A stretch of 56,540 nucleotides of DNA, from assembly GCA_963575745.1 (NCBI GenBank), contig CAUYUJ010000087.1:62001-118540 (forward strand), read 5' to 3'. Positions 10,925-23,807 of the stretch are shown in pieces (position 1 is the stretch's first letter; every line of letters starts with the position of its first letter). The notes below the pieces were generated by a model. That model ran no database searches, was not told where the DNA came from, and worked only from the letters and a program-made list of their open reading frames with translations. A program made the translations under genes and the position numbers. This stretch comes from Prorocentrum cordatum. Its lineage: Eukaryota.

Positions 10925-13900
10925 GGCCCAGACCTGGGGACCTGATGCGCCGCCAGAGGCCAAGCCACGAGAGCCCAGACCCGTCCGCCTGGGCAGGCGG
11001 GAGCGGGCCATCCTGGCCACGCGTATGCGCCGCATGGCTCGGCACTGGTGCCCTACCCCGTCGCTGGGGACCACGGCTCAGGACCGCAGGCACTGGGACT
11101 CCTACTGCGTGCCGTACATCTTCCACCAGCTGGGCTCTGGGGAGTACACAGCCATGCTGGACGACCTGGCAGCCACCACGGGCAGCGGATCCCGAATTGC
11201 CGAGCGCATGAGGATTGCACGGGAGTTGGGTGACGAAGCCTGGAACCGTGGAGGGGATGCCAGGCGCCTCCAGCGGCAGTGGCTGGAGCATCTGCAAGTG
11301 GCTAATCAGGATGCTTTCGAGCGTGAGGCGGCTCAGCAGGACCGCACCCAGTCAGCCGCGGAGCGGTGGTTCGACCGCCAGTCCCAGGCGACGTCGGGAA
11401 CGCAGGCCCCCACCGTCTACTTCGACGACCGCATCCACTGCTGGAGGTTGTGCGCCGCGAAGGTGCTGGAGGCCGACCTCGGCCCATCCACCTCGACTGG
11501 GACCTCGGAGGAGCCGCTGTGTTGCTCTGCCTCGCCCGTTGAATGCACCGAGCTCACTCCCACCCCAGCCGCGTGCAACCTCACGGACGAGCACCGAGGA
11601 GCTGCCCCATGTATTTCAGCTGGTGGTCTCTCTGCCGTCCGAGGCAGCCCAGATCAGCTTACGTCAGTTGGTGGTTTCTCTGGCTCAGTTGTTTCAACGG
11701 GCGATGGTCTCTCGGCCGCCGATGGTGGCACCCAGGCGCAGCTTATTTCAGTCAGTGGTGTTTCGGGCTCTACAGTTTCCACGGATGGTGGTTTCTTGGC
11801 CGCTGGAGGCACCCAGGTGCAACTTACGTCAGGCCGTGGCCCCTCTGGCTCAGATGCCTCAACTGTAGATGGTTTCTCTGTCGCCGTTGGAGGCACTCAG
11901 GAGCAGCTTACGCCAGTTGGTGGTTGCTCGGGCTTTGCTGCTCCCACAGGCGGGGCTTTCTTGGCCGCTGGAGGCCCTCAGGCGCAATTTACGTCAGATG
12001 GTGGTTTCTCGGACCCAGTTGTTCCAGCAGGTGTTGGTGGCTCTGCCCACGGAGGCAGTCAGGCGTTGCTTACGTCAGTTTTTGTTTCTGCAGGCTCAGC
12101 TGTCTCATCTGGGGAAAGCCACTGCGGCCCTGGGCAGCCTAACATCATCGAGATGGCCCATGAGACTGTGGCACACCCTACCGAGGGCGGGGACGTCAGT
12201 GTCGGCAGTGTTGGCGGCCAGTCCACCTGCAGCGGGACTCCGGCAAAGCCCCAGTGCGACGTCGCCAAGTATCGACCCTCAGCAGCAGGAGCCCGCAGAG
12301 GCAAGCGTCGACAGCGGAGCCACAGGCGCTTCACCTTCCACAGCGTCAATGCCAGCCTCAGCTGGGGCAACGTTGTGGGCTACCTCCACGGCGCGGCACA
12401 CCAGCAGCTCACCGAGGGCAAGATTCCGATCATCGGTTTCCAGGAGCACGGCAAGCGGCGTTTATGGGCCGAAGAGAGCGCACGGGCCCTGCTGCCCTTG
12501 GGCTGGAGGGCCCTGCCCACGCCAGCGACGGACGGCCCGAATGGAGGGGCCTCGGCGGGCGTCTTGCTGGCGATACCTGCCTGCGTCGGCGTCACTCTTG
12601 CATCTGGACAGCGACACTGGGACATATCTCCCCCAGGTTGTGCAGGCAGGCTCCTGATGGCCACCCTCGAGGCCAAGGGCATCGGCAAGTTACTGGTTTT
12701 CTGTGCGTATTGCTTCACTGGTCAGAAGTTGGCGTCTGTGGGCAATTCAGCTCTCCTGTCAGTTATCACGGGGTGGGCAGTCCAGCTCCAGCTGCCCTGG
12801 ATCGTCATCGCGGACTGGGAGAATCTACCTGACGCTTTGGAGCGTTCGCCGTGGAACAACCAGCTCAGAGGCCGCGTCGTAGCGTGGCAAGGGGAAGGGG
12901 GCACCAACCGCTCCCCGCACGGTGAGCGCGTGATCGATTATTTCTGGATGCACTCCAGTTTGGCTGCCAATATTTCCCCAGCTCGCATTGACGACGACGC
13001 GGTCTACCACCCTCATAGAGCCACATGGGTCGAGTTTCAGCAGCCTTGGTCGGCCTTTACCTACACCAAGCTCATCCGACCCCACAAGTTCCCGATCCCA
13101 GGAGTCAAGCCGAGGCACTTCGATCTCTCGTGCCCAGACGTGCCTGCAGGTTTCGACCCCGATGCGGTGCCTACCCAGGAGCTCCTGGACGACACCTGGG
13201 AGGCTTTCTGCCACGCCGCCGAGGAGGAGCTGATCCAGAAGGTGGGTTTGGACCCCAGCAGTCGGCAAGCCGATCAATGCCGAGGGCGTGGGGGACCACC
13301 GCGCTTCAGGAAGTGCCCGTTGCTCCCGACCCACACCGAGGCCATCGCTTCGTACGGGGAGGCCAAGCGTTGGAGGTGGTTTGCCAACGAGTTGGCTTGG
13401 CTGGGCATCATTGAAGTAAAGCTTTTCAGCTACACGGGCGCTTCCGACCTGGCCCTCACCACGTTGCACCAGCAGCGGCACGCCTCCATCCGCAAGTTGC
13501 GTGACCGCTTCAGGCACCACATGCTGTTAGAAGGCGTGGCTGAGCTGCAGGAGTTCTTCGAGGTTTTCACGTCTCGGGACCGCGGCTATGAAGACTTGCA
13601 GGAGCTCTCGGCTTGGCGCCTCAGCTGCAGTCAGTATGCCTCGTACTTGGAGTGGCAGATCGGCAAGGAACGACGAGATTCCTGCAAGCAGCGGTTAGAG
13701 GACGATTTCCCAGGCTCGCAGGGGCTCCTCCACAGGGTCACCAAGTGGCGCCAGGCTTGGCAGGCCCCCAAGGGCAGCATCTCCAAGGAGCTGCTCCCAG
13801 CGGCGCCTCAGGCCGCCGTGGACCAGGAGTTGCACGACTGATCGAAGGTCTGGGCCACTGGCTCAGGTTTCCCCAAGCCGTGGAGGGGCCTCCAGCAAGT

Positions 13901-16900
13901 CGCCGTCACGCCGCCCAGCCCTCACCACCTGCGCGGTTTGGCCCAGCGTTTCAGGGCCAAGACGGGGATTGGCGTGGACGGATGGCAACCCAAGCTTTGG
14001 GCCTACCTCACGGACGGCACGCTCTCGGTGCTCGCGTCATTGCTGGCTTGGTGCCAACAATTGGGGCGGTGGCCGTCCCAGGTCCACCTCCTGCTCGTTT
14101 TCATCATCGGGAAGCTCGATGGAGGGGGCCGACCCATCATTCTTCTACCTGGCCCTTGCCGAACCTGGGAGGCGTGGCAGCTGCCCACCATCAGGAGCTG
14201 GTTGGCGGCGCACCCCAGGAGCTACGACTACACGGCGGCGGGCCAATCATCGGAGCGTGCGCTGTGGAAAGCTTTGTTGGACGACGAGCTCGTGTTGGGC
14301 ACAGGCATACGCGCGGCCACGATGCTGGCGGACCTCGCCAAGTGTTATGAGAAGGTTCCGCATGAGCGTATGTGGTGGCTAGCAGCTTGGTGGGACGGCC
14401 CGCTGGAGGTGGTCGCGCTCGCCCTGGAAAGTTTCGCCTTTGGCCGTGTCATTCGTCTCGGGGAGGCTTGCTCGGCGGAGGTCCTGTCCTCCACAGCGCT
14501 CCCAGCGGGCAGCCGTTTCGCGCCCACCTTTCTGAGGTTCTACCTCACGCTGTGCTTAGACGACCTGCTGGGGGTTTTCCGCCTCACGATCTACTTGTAC
14601 GTTGATGACATCGCCCTGCGGGTCATGTCCACCGAGGCGCGCGTCTTGTACATGCTGCCGCAGGCCACGCGCTTGCTGTTTTGGATGCTGGAGTCCTTCT
14701 TGGGCCTGGAGGTAGCCCGAGCGCGGGACGGGGCGAGAGGCAAGTGCTCTTTCCTGCAAACGGCCACTCCGTCTTCAGGCTTGACGCAGGCCATGGCCGT
14801 CCTGGGGGTACCGCCCAGCACCTCCGAGCGGTGGCTCGGCATCGACTACGGTCCCAGCGTCAAGACAGAGAACCAGTCAGCCCCAGTCAGACACGCGCGG
14901 CTCAAGATAGCCAAGCAGCGTTGGCCTAAGATCCGCGGCCTTCCTCGTGCACGCGGGGGCAAGCTCAAGATGGTCGTGCGGCAGGGCCTCGGAGCCTCGG
15001 TCGCATACGGCGCCCGTGTCCGCGGCACGCCCAGGCCCATCGTGCGTTTCATCCAGCAGAAGGATCGGGCCGTCCGCAGGGGCGCCACAGCTTTTACCTC
15101 CCGAGTCTTGCACGACGGCCTCGACCCCAGTTGCGCCGACACCCTCGTTCTAGCACCGCTGCTGGCTTGGGCGGGGGGAGCTTGGGACCACCCAGAGGGG
15201 CGGCGTGCGCAGGCCACAGCATGGGCCCGAGTGCAGCAACAGCTCGCGCTGTACATGGACGCCGACGCTCAGGAGTTGTGGTCAGTGGTGCGCGGCCCAG
15301 CGGGGGCCACCTCAGTCACAGTTCGAGCCCATGGTTGGAGCATGCCGTCAGCCTTCGAGATTGTCTTGCCTCCACGTGGCGGGGTGCGCCAATGAGGGGA
15401 CGTTCATCTTGATCTACTGCAGATTTGCCCCAAGTCGGTCGAGGCCGCCGTGCTTTTGGCCGCCCGTTCCAGAGCCCTGTGCCAGTGGGCTGCGGCTCAG
15501 CCCGAGCGGGCTGCGCTCCTGCCAGCGCCGTGGTTCACCCCAGCGAGGCAGTTGGTCAAGCGGCGCAAGCAGGACGGGTGGCTGCAACACCATGCCGACG
15601 CGGTCAAGAAGGCGGTGTTGGGCGGTTTCCCTTCGCAGGAGGCCCTTTTCTCTTCGGGCCAGGCGGACACTCCGTATTGCCAGCTTTGCGACGACACGAC
15701 CTGTTTCGGCACCCACCAGCACTATTACTGGCGGCGCGGCAGCCCGACGTGTGCCACGGTGAGGGAGCAGCTGACGGCCCACGACGCGTCACCTACCTTC
15801 AGAGACGTCGGCCACCTGGGCGTGTCGGCCTCCTCGTCGGAAGCCTCAAGATGGTTGTGGGGGCGGGGTTTGCGGCGAACCCCATGTTACGGCTTGGCTT
15901 GGAGTCTACCGTCGCAGCGCACCCATTGGATCGTCAATGGCGCGGCCCCCGAGCTCACCGATGTGCTGGTTTCGGACGGATCAGTCAAAGGCTTGGATGA
16001 CCTCAGGCACGGCGGCTGGGCGGCTTTGCAGTGCACAGCGGAGGCCGACGACGTGGTGCAGGGCCTGTACGGCCCACTGCCCTTTCCCGACCCCAGCTCG
16101 GTCCTGGCAGAGTTGTGGGGTCTCCTCCACGCCCTCAGGCATTCGGTCTTCATCACGGCCATCATCATTGACAATGCTCAGGTGGTCCAAGGCTTGGCCC
16201 GTGGCAGGGCATGGTGTTGTTCAGCGGCCAGGCCCTATGCGCACGTCTGGCTCGAGATCTGGAATCGCCTGGATGACATGGACATCCGTCCTGGCAGAGA
16301 GTTGTCGGTCATCAAAGTCGCCTCGCACATATCGCAGGCCAAACGCCTAGAGCTGCCAGGGGAGGTCCAGATTCACATGAGGCACAATGACTTAGCCGAC
16401 GAATGGGCCAAGCAAGGAGCGGACCTCAGCGCGCCGCCAGAGTGGGCCACGTTGCAGGTCAAGCAGGAGCTCAAGGCCACCAAGCGCGTGCTCGAGTACA
16501 TCGGGCACTTCAGGGCCCTCCTCGACGGGGTCAAGCTGGCGGAGCCTAGGCCCAAACGGCAGCAGGGCCAAGAGGCCAACATTCCTCAGGCTGCACGACC
16601 CCAGGCTGGTCCCAGGCACCAGCACGTTCTGGAAGTGTGCCGCGGTTACTCCAAGTGCACCAACTGCGGCAAGGTTGCCCGCACTCGCCTCGCGGCCTTT
16701 CAGTTGCAGGAGTGCCGTGGTCGTCTCCAAGGGCTCCAGGGCAAGTTAGTCAAGAGTGCGGCCAAGAGAGGCAGTGTGGCGGTGCCTCTTCTCGTGGCGG
16801 CAGGCGCCGCCGCTCGGCCTGTGCGACAGCGAGCAGACCATGGAGATCAGGGTGAGCCTCGAGTAGAGCCCGACCCTGCGCCTGCCTCCCAGCTGGGCCC

Positions 16901-18380
16901 CGACCCGCTGTGGGCTCCTGTCGCAGCAGCCCGCGCGGCTCTTGGCAGGATGGAGCGGATACCTGACGGCCCTGTGTGCATGGGAACCCCGCCAAGCCAG
17001 CCACACATCACGCCCAAACAGCAGCATGTCCGTTCCATCATGGACGATGCCATCATCTGGGCGTCTTTCTGGATCGATCGTTTCGACGCCGCAGGCTTCA
17101 CCAACGAGTGGGACTACCGTACGTGGTGTTCGGAATATCTTGAAAGGTTTCTCAGCTCGGCGGCGTGGGCACCAGTTCGAGAGCATCTTCTGCGTAGCAA
17201 CCCTGGCCGCACTCTCGGGCAGGTCGTCGACGACCTATGCGCCACCTCTTGGACGCGTGCCGAACCAGCCCGTCAGGCGCAGTTCGCCAGGGTACGGCCT
17301 GATTCGGGTTTGACAGCCAGGCAGCGCCGTCGGCTGCTTCGGCATCACTTCGATGTGTTGAACCAGGTCAGGGAGCGTTTCAGGGATCTTCTTGGAGATC
17401 GTGCCCCGCCTGAGACGGCCTCCTGGCACCAGTGGGTCTTCGAGCCCCTCTCCTCGGATGACGACCAAGGAGGTGATGCGGCAGGCCGCGCCGCCGAGGA
17501 CGCCCATGGCTACGACGATACCGACGAGTTCGCGGCCCTCAGCGTGCACAGCGACCTCGAGGTGGTGGAGGCAGACGGCAAGGCCACGCAGGCCACAGGC
17601 ACCCAGGCGTCAGTGCGCGAGTCGTCGCCCAATCCCGACCTCGCCCCCAGGGCACTCCAGCCACAGGAGGAGGGAGCTCCAGCGGGAGGGGCGAGGCGGG
17701 AGGGTGTTTTGCGGATCCGCAGCGCGGCAGCCACCTGTTCCCAGGACGTGGACGACGGTGCTACGGCTGGCGCTGGGGCAGCTCCTGTTCCCACGGTGCC
17801 GCCTGCTGCTCAACCCGCTGGCGAGCCTGGAGCTGATCAGGGCGAGTTGGCCAGCTCCCTGGACGTGGACGGCAAGGCTGCCACCCAGGCAGCGGCCGCT
17901 GTGTGCTCCGCCCCCTTGGCGGCACACCAAGCTCGTGCTGGCCAGGGCAGCCTGAAACACGGTGGTAAGGCCCCAAGGACTGGTTCCTCAGCATCCTCGG
18001 CGGCGGCGGCGGGCTCTGGCCAGGGCGGCCTGGCACCGCTGGCGGGGCCCCCGCCGCCCTCGGCTGGGGCTGCGGCGGCCTCGGAGCCAGAGCGGGGTGC
18101 GCGCGGGCGGGCGGCCTCTGCCCAGCCCGCCAGGAGTGGCCAGGCGCTGCCTGAGACGGCCAGAGCCGCTTCATCGGAGCCTCGGCCACATACGGTCGAG
18201 ATCATTGGCAACTTCGTGGTCTGCGTCGTGTGTGGTTCCTACTACAGCTCGGTGGCCAGGAACCTCGGCGGGCCGTGCAGGCGGCTGGACCCGCGCGACC
18301 CAGGCGACAAGGAGCGCCTCAGGCGCATTCGCCGCATCCAGCGCGGCCAGGACCCAAAGACTGGAAGGGATCTGAGTTGA
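10917..18380 (+). pseudogene. LINE ORF2 (~2490 codons): APE endonuclease, reverse transcriptase, Zn finger, RNase H, C-terminal Zn fingers; two in-frame TGA
   Basis: ORFs 10074-13841, 13938-15395 and 15450-18380 are in one frame. APE: HSVNA, GFQEH, GVLL, CAY, IADWE, IDYF, PHR (~12330-13040). RT: GVDG, GKLDGGGRPI, ADLAKCYEKV, LPAGS, LYVDDI, WLGID (~13950-14850). RNase H: VSDGS, LAEL, IDN, KVASH, NDLADEWAK (~15960-16420). Confidence 0.9.
11655..12100 (+). repeat. Coding tandem repeat, 6 units of 81-84 bp (27-28 aa, QLTSxGGFSG..GGTQ)
   Basis: Unit starts at 11655, 11739, 11820, 11904, 11985 and 12066; in frame with ORF2. Confidence 0.85.
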
Positions 18381-19787
18381 GGCCGTTGTGCTCGTTCAAT
18401 GATCTGTCTGGTCTCAGTGCGTGCGGCCCCCCTTGGCGCGGTGTTATCCGTGAGCTGAGGGGCCTGGGCGGGGCTACCGCCCCGCTCGGGGCGCTCGGGC
18501 TTGCTTCCCCGCGTTGTGGGTGGCCTGGGCGCGGCGCGTTTCTCGCTGCGTTTTCGGCCCCCCTTGGCAGCAGGCTGAGGGGCCTAGGGTGGGGCGCGGC
18601 CTCGAGAGGGCCACGGCGCCGCCGCCCTGGGGAGCGCGCGGGGGCGCTGCCCGCGGCTCGGCTCCTTTCGGGCTCGGCAGGCGACGGACGTCGCTCGAGG
18701 GCCCAGCGCACGGGCCTGGCGAGGTGCAGACGCCCCAGGCCGCCGACGCACCAAAGCACCAAAGCACATATACACACACACATATATACATGTTCCTCCA
18801 GCGGCGGGGTGGCCCCGTCGCGAAGCGCTAAACTGGGACACGCTTGGGCGAACTTGCATCCAGTTTAGCAGATGGGTGGATTGGGCGTGACAGTCACATG
18901 CAGAAAAAGGAGCTGCGCTGTCATCGTGCTCCCGGGGCCTTGCACACCCGCCAGGGGTCGAGCTTCGCTTCGGGCCCAGCCCTGGGACGCGTTGACCACC
19001 GTTGCTTCCCTCCTTGCCGGCGACCTTGGTGAGGTTGGTGAGAGAGGGTGATGAAACTCGGGGGCCCCCAAACGGTGCGGTGACCACACCGTGTGGTGTG
19101 TCAGTGGGAGTCACAGCACGGTTTTGGGACTTCGGTCCTTCTCCGAGGACGTCTCAGGCAACTGGGGCATCCGAGGTCCGAAAGCTGTGCGGTGACGGGC
19201 CGAGCGGTGCGATCTTTGGAAATTCCGAGTGTACCGCGCGGTCTGTCACCCCACGGCTGCGGGACCCCCCATGACATTTGTTCTGTCAGCAGCGAGGGCG
19301 GACGCCAACGCGTTCGAAAAGCTGGCGGGCCGCGCCAGAATTAGGGCACACCAGGCTGCCAGGGAAAAGAGGGCGGCCGCGGAGGAGGAACGCGGGAGGA
19401 GTCCTCAGACGTAGAGAATCTTGGTCACGAGGAGTGCGCAGGCGGCCCCAGGCACCAGAAATCGGTGAGTTGGAAGGCGTGCGGCCAGTCCGAATTGCCG
19501 AAGGGGGGGCAGCGTAGGTCCCACCAGGGAGGCAAGCCGTCATCCGCTGGGCGGCAGGCAAGATGCCCGTGCTGGGCCAGGACCGTCTGCGGTCGTCGTC
19601 CCCCCCAAGAACCACGGTCGGCACAAGGGTGCAGACCCGATTCGTCTGGCTCGGGAGGTGGGGTGGCGCCGTCGGCAGAGGTCGGATGGGCTTCTGATTC
19701 CCAGCTATGTATTATCCGGATGAGCTTCTGATTGGTATGTCTGGTTCGCGGGCGGGGGCGACGGCTGCAGCGCCGCGCAACGATGTG

Positions 19788-19789
<2 letters not shown>

Positions 19790-19858
<69 letters not shown>
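19790..19858. repeat. (CT)n microsatellite
   Basis: Directly visible. Confidence 0.97.
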
Positions 19859-19860
<2 letters not shown>

Positions 19861-20633
19861 CCCCTGGCTCTGCTCTCCGACGCGGCTCCGCCCTGACAGG
19901 CTTCAGTCCTGCTGGTCCCCGTGCGGGTTTGGGCTTGACAGAATGAAGAGGAGAAGAATCGTGCATCGAGGTTTTTACCCGATTCTGTGTGTTGAGCCTT
20001 CGGGCGCAGCCGAAGACATCCGAGGACCTCGAGGGATGAGGGGGAAGGAGAAGGAGATGTCAACGGATCCACTGGCTTTAGCATGCTGCGCCTGTGGCTC
20101 TCGGATGCATGCAGCGTCGTCGCAGGTTCCCGCAGAGAGAGGGGGGGAAGAGGAAGAGGAGGACAACGAGGAGGACGAGGAATTGAAATATTTGAAGGAT
20201 GAACACGGCGAGGGCGAGAATAAGAAGCAGACGAAGTTTGCTCGCAATCAGTCCATATGTGCGCCATGCGCGGGTCGCCCGTTTATGCTTAAAGAAATCG
20301 TGCGTTTGCACATATGATTGTATTCATGCGCGTGCGTGCGTGCACTACGTTTGCGTATGGATAACTACGTGCGCGTGTGGCTTGTTCGAGAGTCAACATG
20401 ATAGCTTTGCTATGCGTGCCTGGATGGCATGCACATGCCGGATGGCTGGATGTTTCAAGCGCAGCGCTTGATTCTGACAGTATATTTTCTGTTCCCAGAT
20501 GTGCCTCATTTGTAGGTGTAGGCATGCTTAGGGGCTCGGAAGGCACAATTGCATGCCCGCATACATGCGATTGCGCCCGTGATGTGCAACTTTGCAATTG
20601 TTTGTGCAGGAACGGAGCTTGGATTTTTTTGTT

Positions 20634-21150
20634 CCCAACCATCCTGTTGTGTTGGGCGCCTCAGTTTGAAGGGACAGCGACCCGCGTGTCCTTCCTCATC
20701 TCCTCCCCCTCCTCTCTCCTCCCACCCCTGCCTCTGCCCTCCGCATTACAGCTTCGTCGCACACCCCACGCGGCCCGTGGCCCCATGAGCAGCTTCTTCG
20801 AAGGCCCCAGTGGCAAAGTCCACATGCGGTTCCCCACCCACTTCGGTGCACCCCACATGCTTCGTGACCCCATAGGGAGCCCCACCGAAGGCTCCAGTGG
20901 CGAAGTCCACATGCGGTTCCCCACCCATTTGGGCACACCCCTCACACGTTTCGTGGCCCCATATGGGAGCTCAACTGAGGACCCCAGTGGTAAAGTCCAC
21001 ATGCGGTTCCCCACCCAGTTCAAGATGCCCCTCACACGCTTTGTGGCCCCATAGGGAGCTCCACCGAAGGCCCCAGTGGCAGGTACCCCTCACACGTTTC
21101 GTGGCCCCACAGGGAGCTCCACAAAAGGCTCCAGCGTTCTGGCCCCATAG
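20634..21150. repeat. Left terminus plus ~87-90-bp tandem array of a non-coding repeat element
   Basis: CCCAACCATCCTGTTGTGTTGGG start, then units containing TTCGTGGCCCCATAGGGAGCTCCACCGAAGGCCCCAGTGG and GTCCACATGCGGTTCCCC (GTC at 20818, 20905, 20995). Confidence 0.8.
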
Positions 21151-21223
21151 GAATAGATGCACATACAGGGGAGCTCCACGCAGTGAATAGTTGCATTGCA
21201 GTTCGTTGTGCTTTGCAATTTTT

Positions 21224-22500
21224 CCCAACCATCCTGTGGTGTTGGGTCCCCGTTGTGAAACGACGGTCCCCGCGTCCCTTCTCCTTCCTTCCTCCCCCTC
21301 CCCCATCCTTCATCGGACCGCCCGCATGCGTCCCGGAAACCCAATTTGGCATTTTCACCCACCCAGCACAGCGCTTCGTGGCCCCATCGGGAGCTCCACC
21401 GAAGCCGGAAGCCCGTTTTGGCATTGTCACCCACGCAGTACAGCGCTTCGTGGCCCCATCGAGAGCTCCACCGAAGCCCCCGGTTGGACCGCCCGCATGC
21501 GTGCCGGAAACCCGTTTTGGGCATTGTCACCCACGCAGTACAGCGCTTCGTGGCCCCACCGGGAGCTCCACCGAAGCCCCCAGTGGGACCGTCCGCCTGC
21601 GTCCCGGAAACCCAGTTTGGCATTCTCACCCACCCAGTAGAGCGCTTCGTGGCCCCATCGCGAGCTCCACCGAAGTCCCCGATGGGACCGCCCGCATGCA
21701 TCCCACAAGCCTAATTTGTCATTTTTGCCCACCCAGCAGTACAACGCTTCGTGGCCCCACAGGTAGCTCCACCGAACCCCCCAGTGGGACCGCCCGCTTG
21801 CGTCCCAGAAACACAATTTGGCATTTTCACCCACGCAGTACAGCGCTTCGTGGCCCCACAGGAAGCTCCACCGAAGCCCCAGTGAGACCGTCCGCATGTG
21901 CCCCCGAAGCCCAATTTGGCATTTTCACCCAGCTGGCACAGCGCTTCGTGGCCCCATGGGGAGCTCCACCGAAGCCCCCAGTGGGCTGTCCGCACGCGTC
22001 CCGGAGGCCCCATGTGGCACTTTCACCCACGCAGTACCGCGCTTCGCGGCCCCACAGGGAGCTCCACCGAAACCTCCAGTGGGACCGCCCGCACGCGCCC
22101 CGGAAGCCCAATTTGGCATTTTCACTCACCCAGTACACCGCTTCTTGGCCCCATCGGGAGCTCCACCGAAGCCCCCAGTGGGACTGTCCGCATGCGTCCC
22201 GGAAACCAAATTTGGCACACCCCTCATACGATTCATGGCCCCATAGGGATCTCCACCGAAGCCACCAGTGGGACCGCCCGCATGCGTCCCACACGCCAAA
22301 TTTGGCACGTTCACCCACACAGCACAGCGCTTGGAGGCCCCATAGAGAGCCCCACCGACGGCCCCAGTGCTACCGCCCGCATGCGTTTCCCCCCACCCGG
22401 TGCAGCGCTTCGTGGCCCCATGGGGAGCTTCACCGAAGAAGATATTCACAATTGCGGTATCCACAACTGCATATGGTTGGGTCCGTCGCCAGAATAGTTT
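21224..22500. mobile_element. Non-autonomous element with ~99-bp central tandem array and inverted ends (Helentron/HINE-like)
   Basis: Begins after a T run with CCCAACCATCCTGTGGTGTTGGG; ~11 units (GCGCTTCGTGGCCCC-type anchors at 21371, 21443, 21543, 21642, 21744, 21843, 21941, 22039...); ends with ATGGTTGGG at 22473-22481, the inverse of CCCAACCAT. Confidence 0.55.
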
Positions 22501-22579
22501 GCATTTGGTCTAGCTGGTCTGACGTCTGACGGGTCTGCTTAGCGCTTAGTGTCGGGCGAGAGTGGTTCAGGGGAGGTCC

Positions 22580-23000
22580 ACGGAGGCAGCGAGGAGGAGA
22601 AGGAGAAGGAGGAGGAAGAGGACGACGACGACGAGGGGGGAGGAGGACAGGGTGGAGTCGGAGGAGGAGCAGGAGGGGGAGAAGGAGGAGGAGGAGTTCG
22701 AGGATAAAGAAGACGACACAAGACGTCAACGAAAATCCCGAAAACCCCGAGCCTCGGTCCCTCGGACCTCCAGGGGGGCCAGAATCTAAAGTTGCCGAAT
22801 TAAAGAAAACGCAGCCATCCGCGCCCAGCTCCCGGCGCGTCGCGGCCTGGAGTCCTTCGGATTCCAGCCGTGGGCGCTCGGGCGCGCTCGAGGGAGGAGA
22901 ACGGCGACGGCGATGACGATGACGAACACGTCGACGCCGACGACGACGACGACGAGTACGAAGTCGACGACGACGACGCCGACCACGACGCCGACGACGC
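22580..23000. repeat. (GGA)n-rich tract (22580-22715) and (GAC)n tract (22903-23000)
   Basis: Directly visible simple repeats. Confidence 0.85.
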
Positions 23001-23376
23001 CCGTGAAAATGACACCTCCCAGGGCCCATTTAGGACCCAAAACGGCTTCAAGAAAGCCCCAAGAGTCATGGCGCCAACATCGCAGAGCGGATTTCGTTCG
23101 GAAAACGATAGGATGGGCCTGGAGTGTCCTGGAGAATGTCGTTCCGGATTTCGAGGTGAATTTCGTGCGGATTTGTTTGGCCCGGAATAAGACTAAAAAA
23201 ATCCACGCGAAAGTCACGTCGTTTTTCATTCGCCGTTTCGGTGTTTTGCATTGGAAGAAATCTGCGCAAAAGTCCGCTGCAGCATGTCTGCAAGGTCGGT
23301 GTAATGACAAGAGGGCCGCAAGGGCGCGCCAAGAGGGCCCCAAGAGAGGCCCAAGAGGGACCCGAGCGGGCCCTGC

Positions 23377-23724
23377 GAGGTGTCACATTCGACGCCCGTG
23401 AAAGTGACACCTCCGGGGGCACACGTAAGGCCCCAGAGAGGCCTCTGAGAAGGCCTCAAGAGGGCCACAAGGGGGCGTCAAGAGAGCTCCAAGAGGGGCC
23501 CAAGAGGGACCCAAGCGGGCTTTCCGAGGCGTCACTTCCAACGCCCGTGAAAGTGGCACCTCCTAGGGCCCACTCAGAGGGCCCCAGATAGGCTCGAAGA
23601 AAGCCCCATGAGGGCCTCAACGAGGCACGAAGAGGGCCCCCAGAGGGGCCAAAAAGGTGCCCCAAGAGGGATCCTGGAGGGATCTCCGAGGTGTCACGTT
23701 CAACGCCCGCGAAAGTGACACCTC
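23377..23724. repeat. Three ~150-160-bp units, each with a 37-bp palindrome GAGGTGTCAC..GTGACACCTC
   Basis: Palindromes at 23377-23413, 23526-23562 and 23688-23724; a half copy at 22996-23018. Confidence 0.75.
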
Positions 23725-23807
23725 CCAGGGCTCTCTTGACGCCCTCTCCGGACTCGATTGGGGCCTCCTTGGAGACATTTAGGGCGCTGAGTGGGCCAAG
23801 GGTGTGT

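Larger units (their letters stand above)
9591..18767 (+). mobile_element. Full-length non-LTR retrotransposon (LINE, APE-RT-RNase H type), slightly decayed
   Basis: SL head, ORF1, ORF2 with APE/RT/RNase H, ~390-bp 3' UTR ending GCACCAAAGCACCAAAGCAC followed by CA/TA-rich sequence (18768-18790). Confidence 0.9.

Noticed and set aside
13839..13841. Selenocysteine or alternative genetic code
   Set aside because: The 4772-aa ORF uses TGG for Trp with no internal TGA, and the same LINE carries other lesions.
18790..20630. Possible host exons or TE relic in unique-looking sequence
   Set aside because: No recognisable protein motif or supportable exon structure.
21183..22529. 448-aa and other repetitive ORFs in the arrays
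   Set aside because: Products of ~99-bp GC-rich tandem repeats, open in several frames on both strands.
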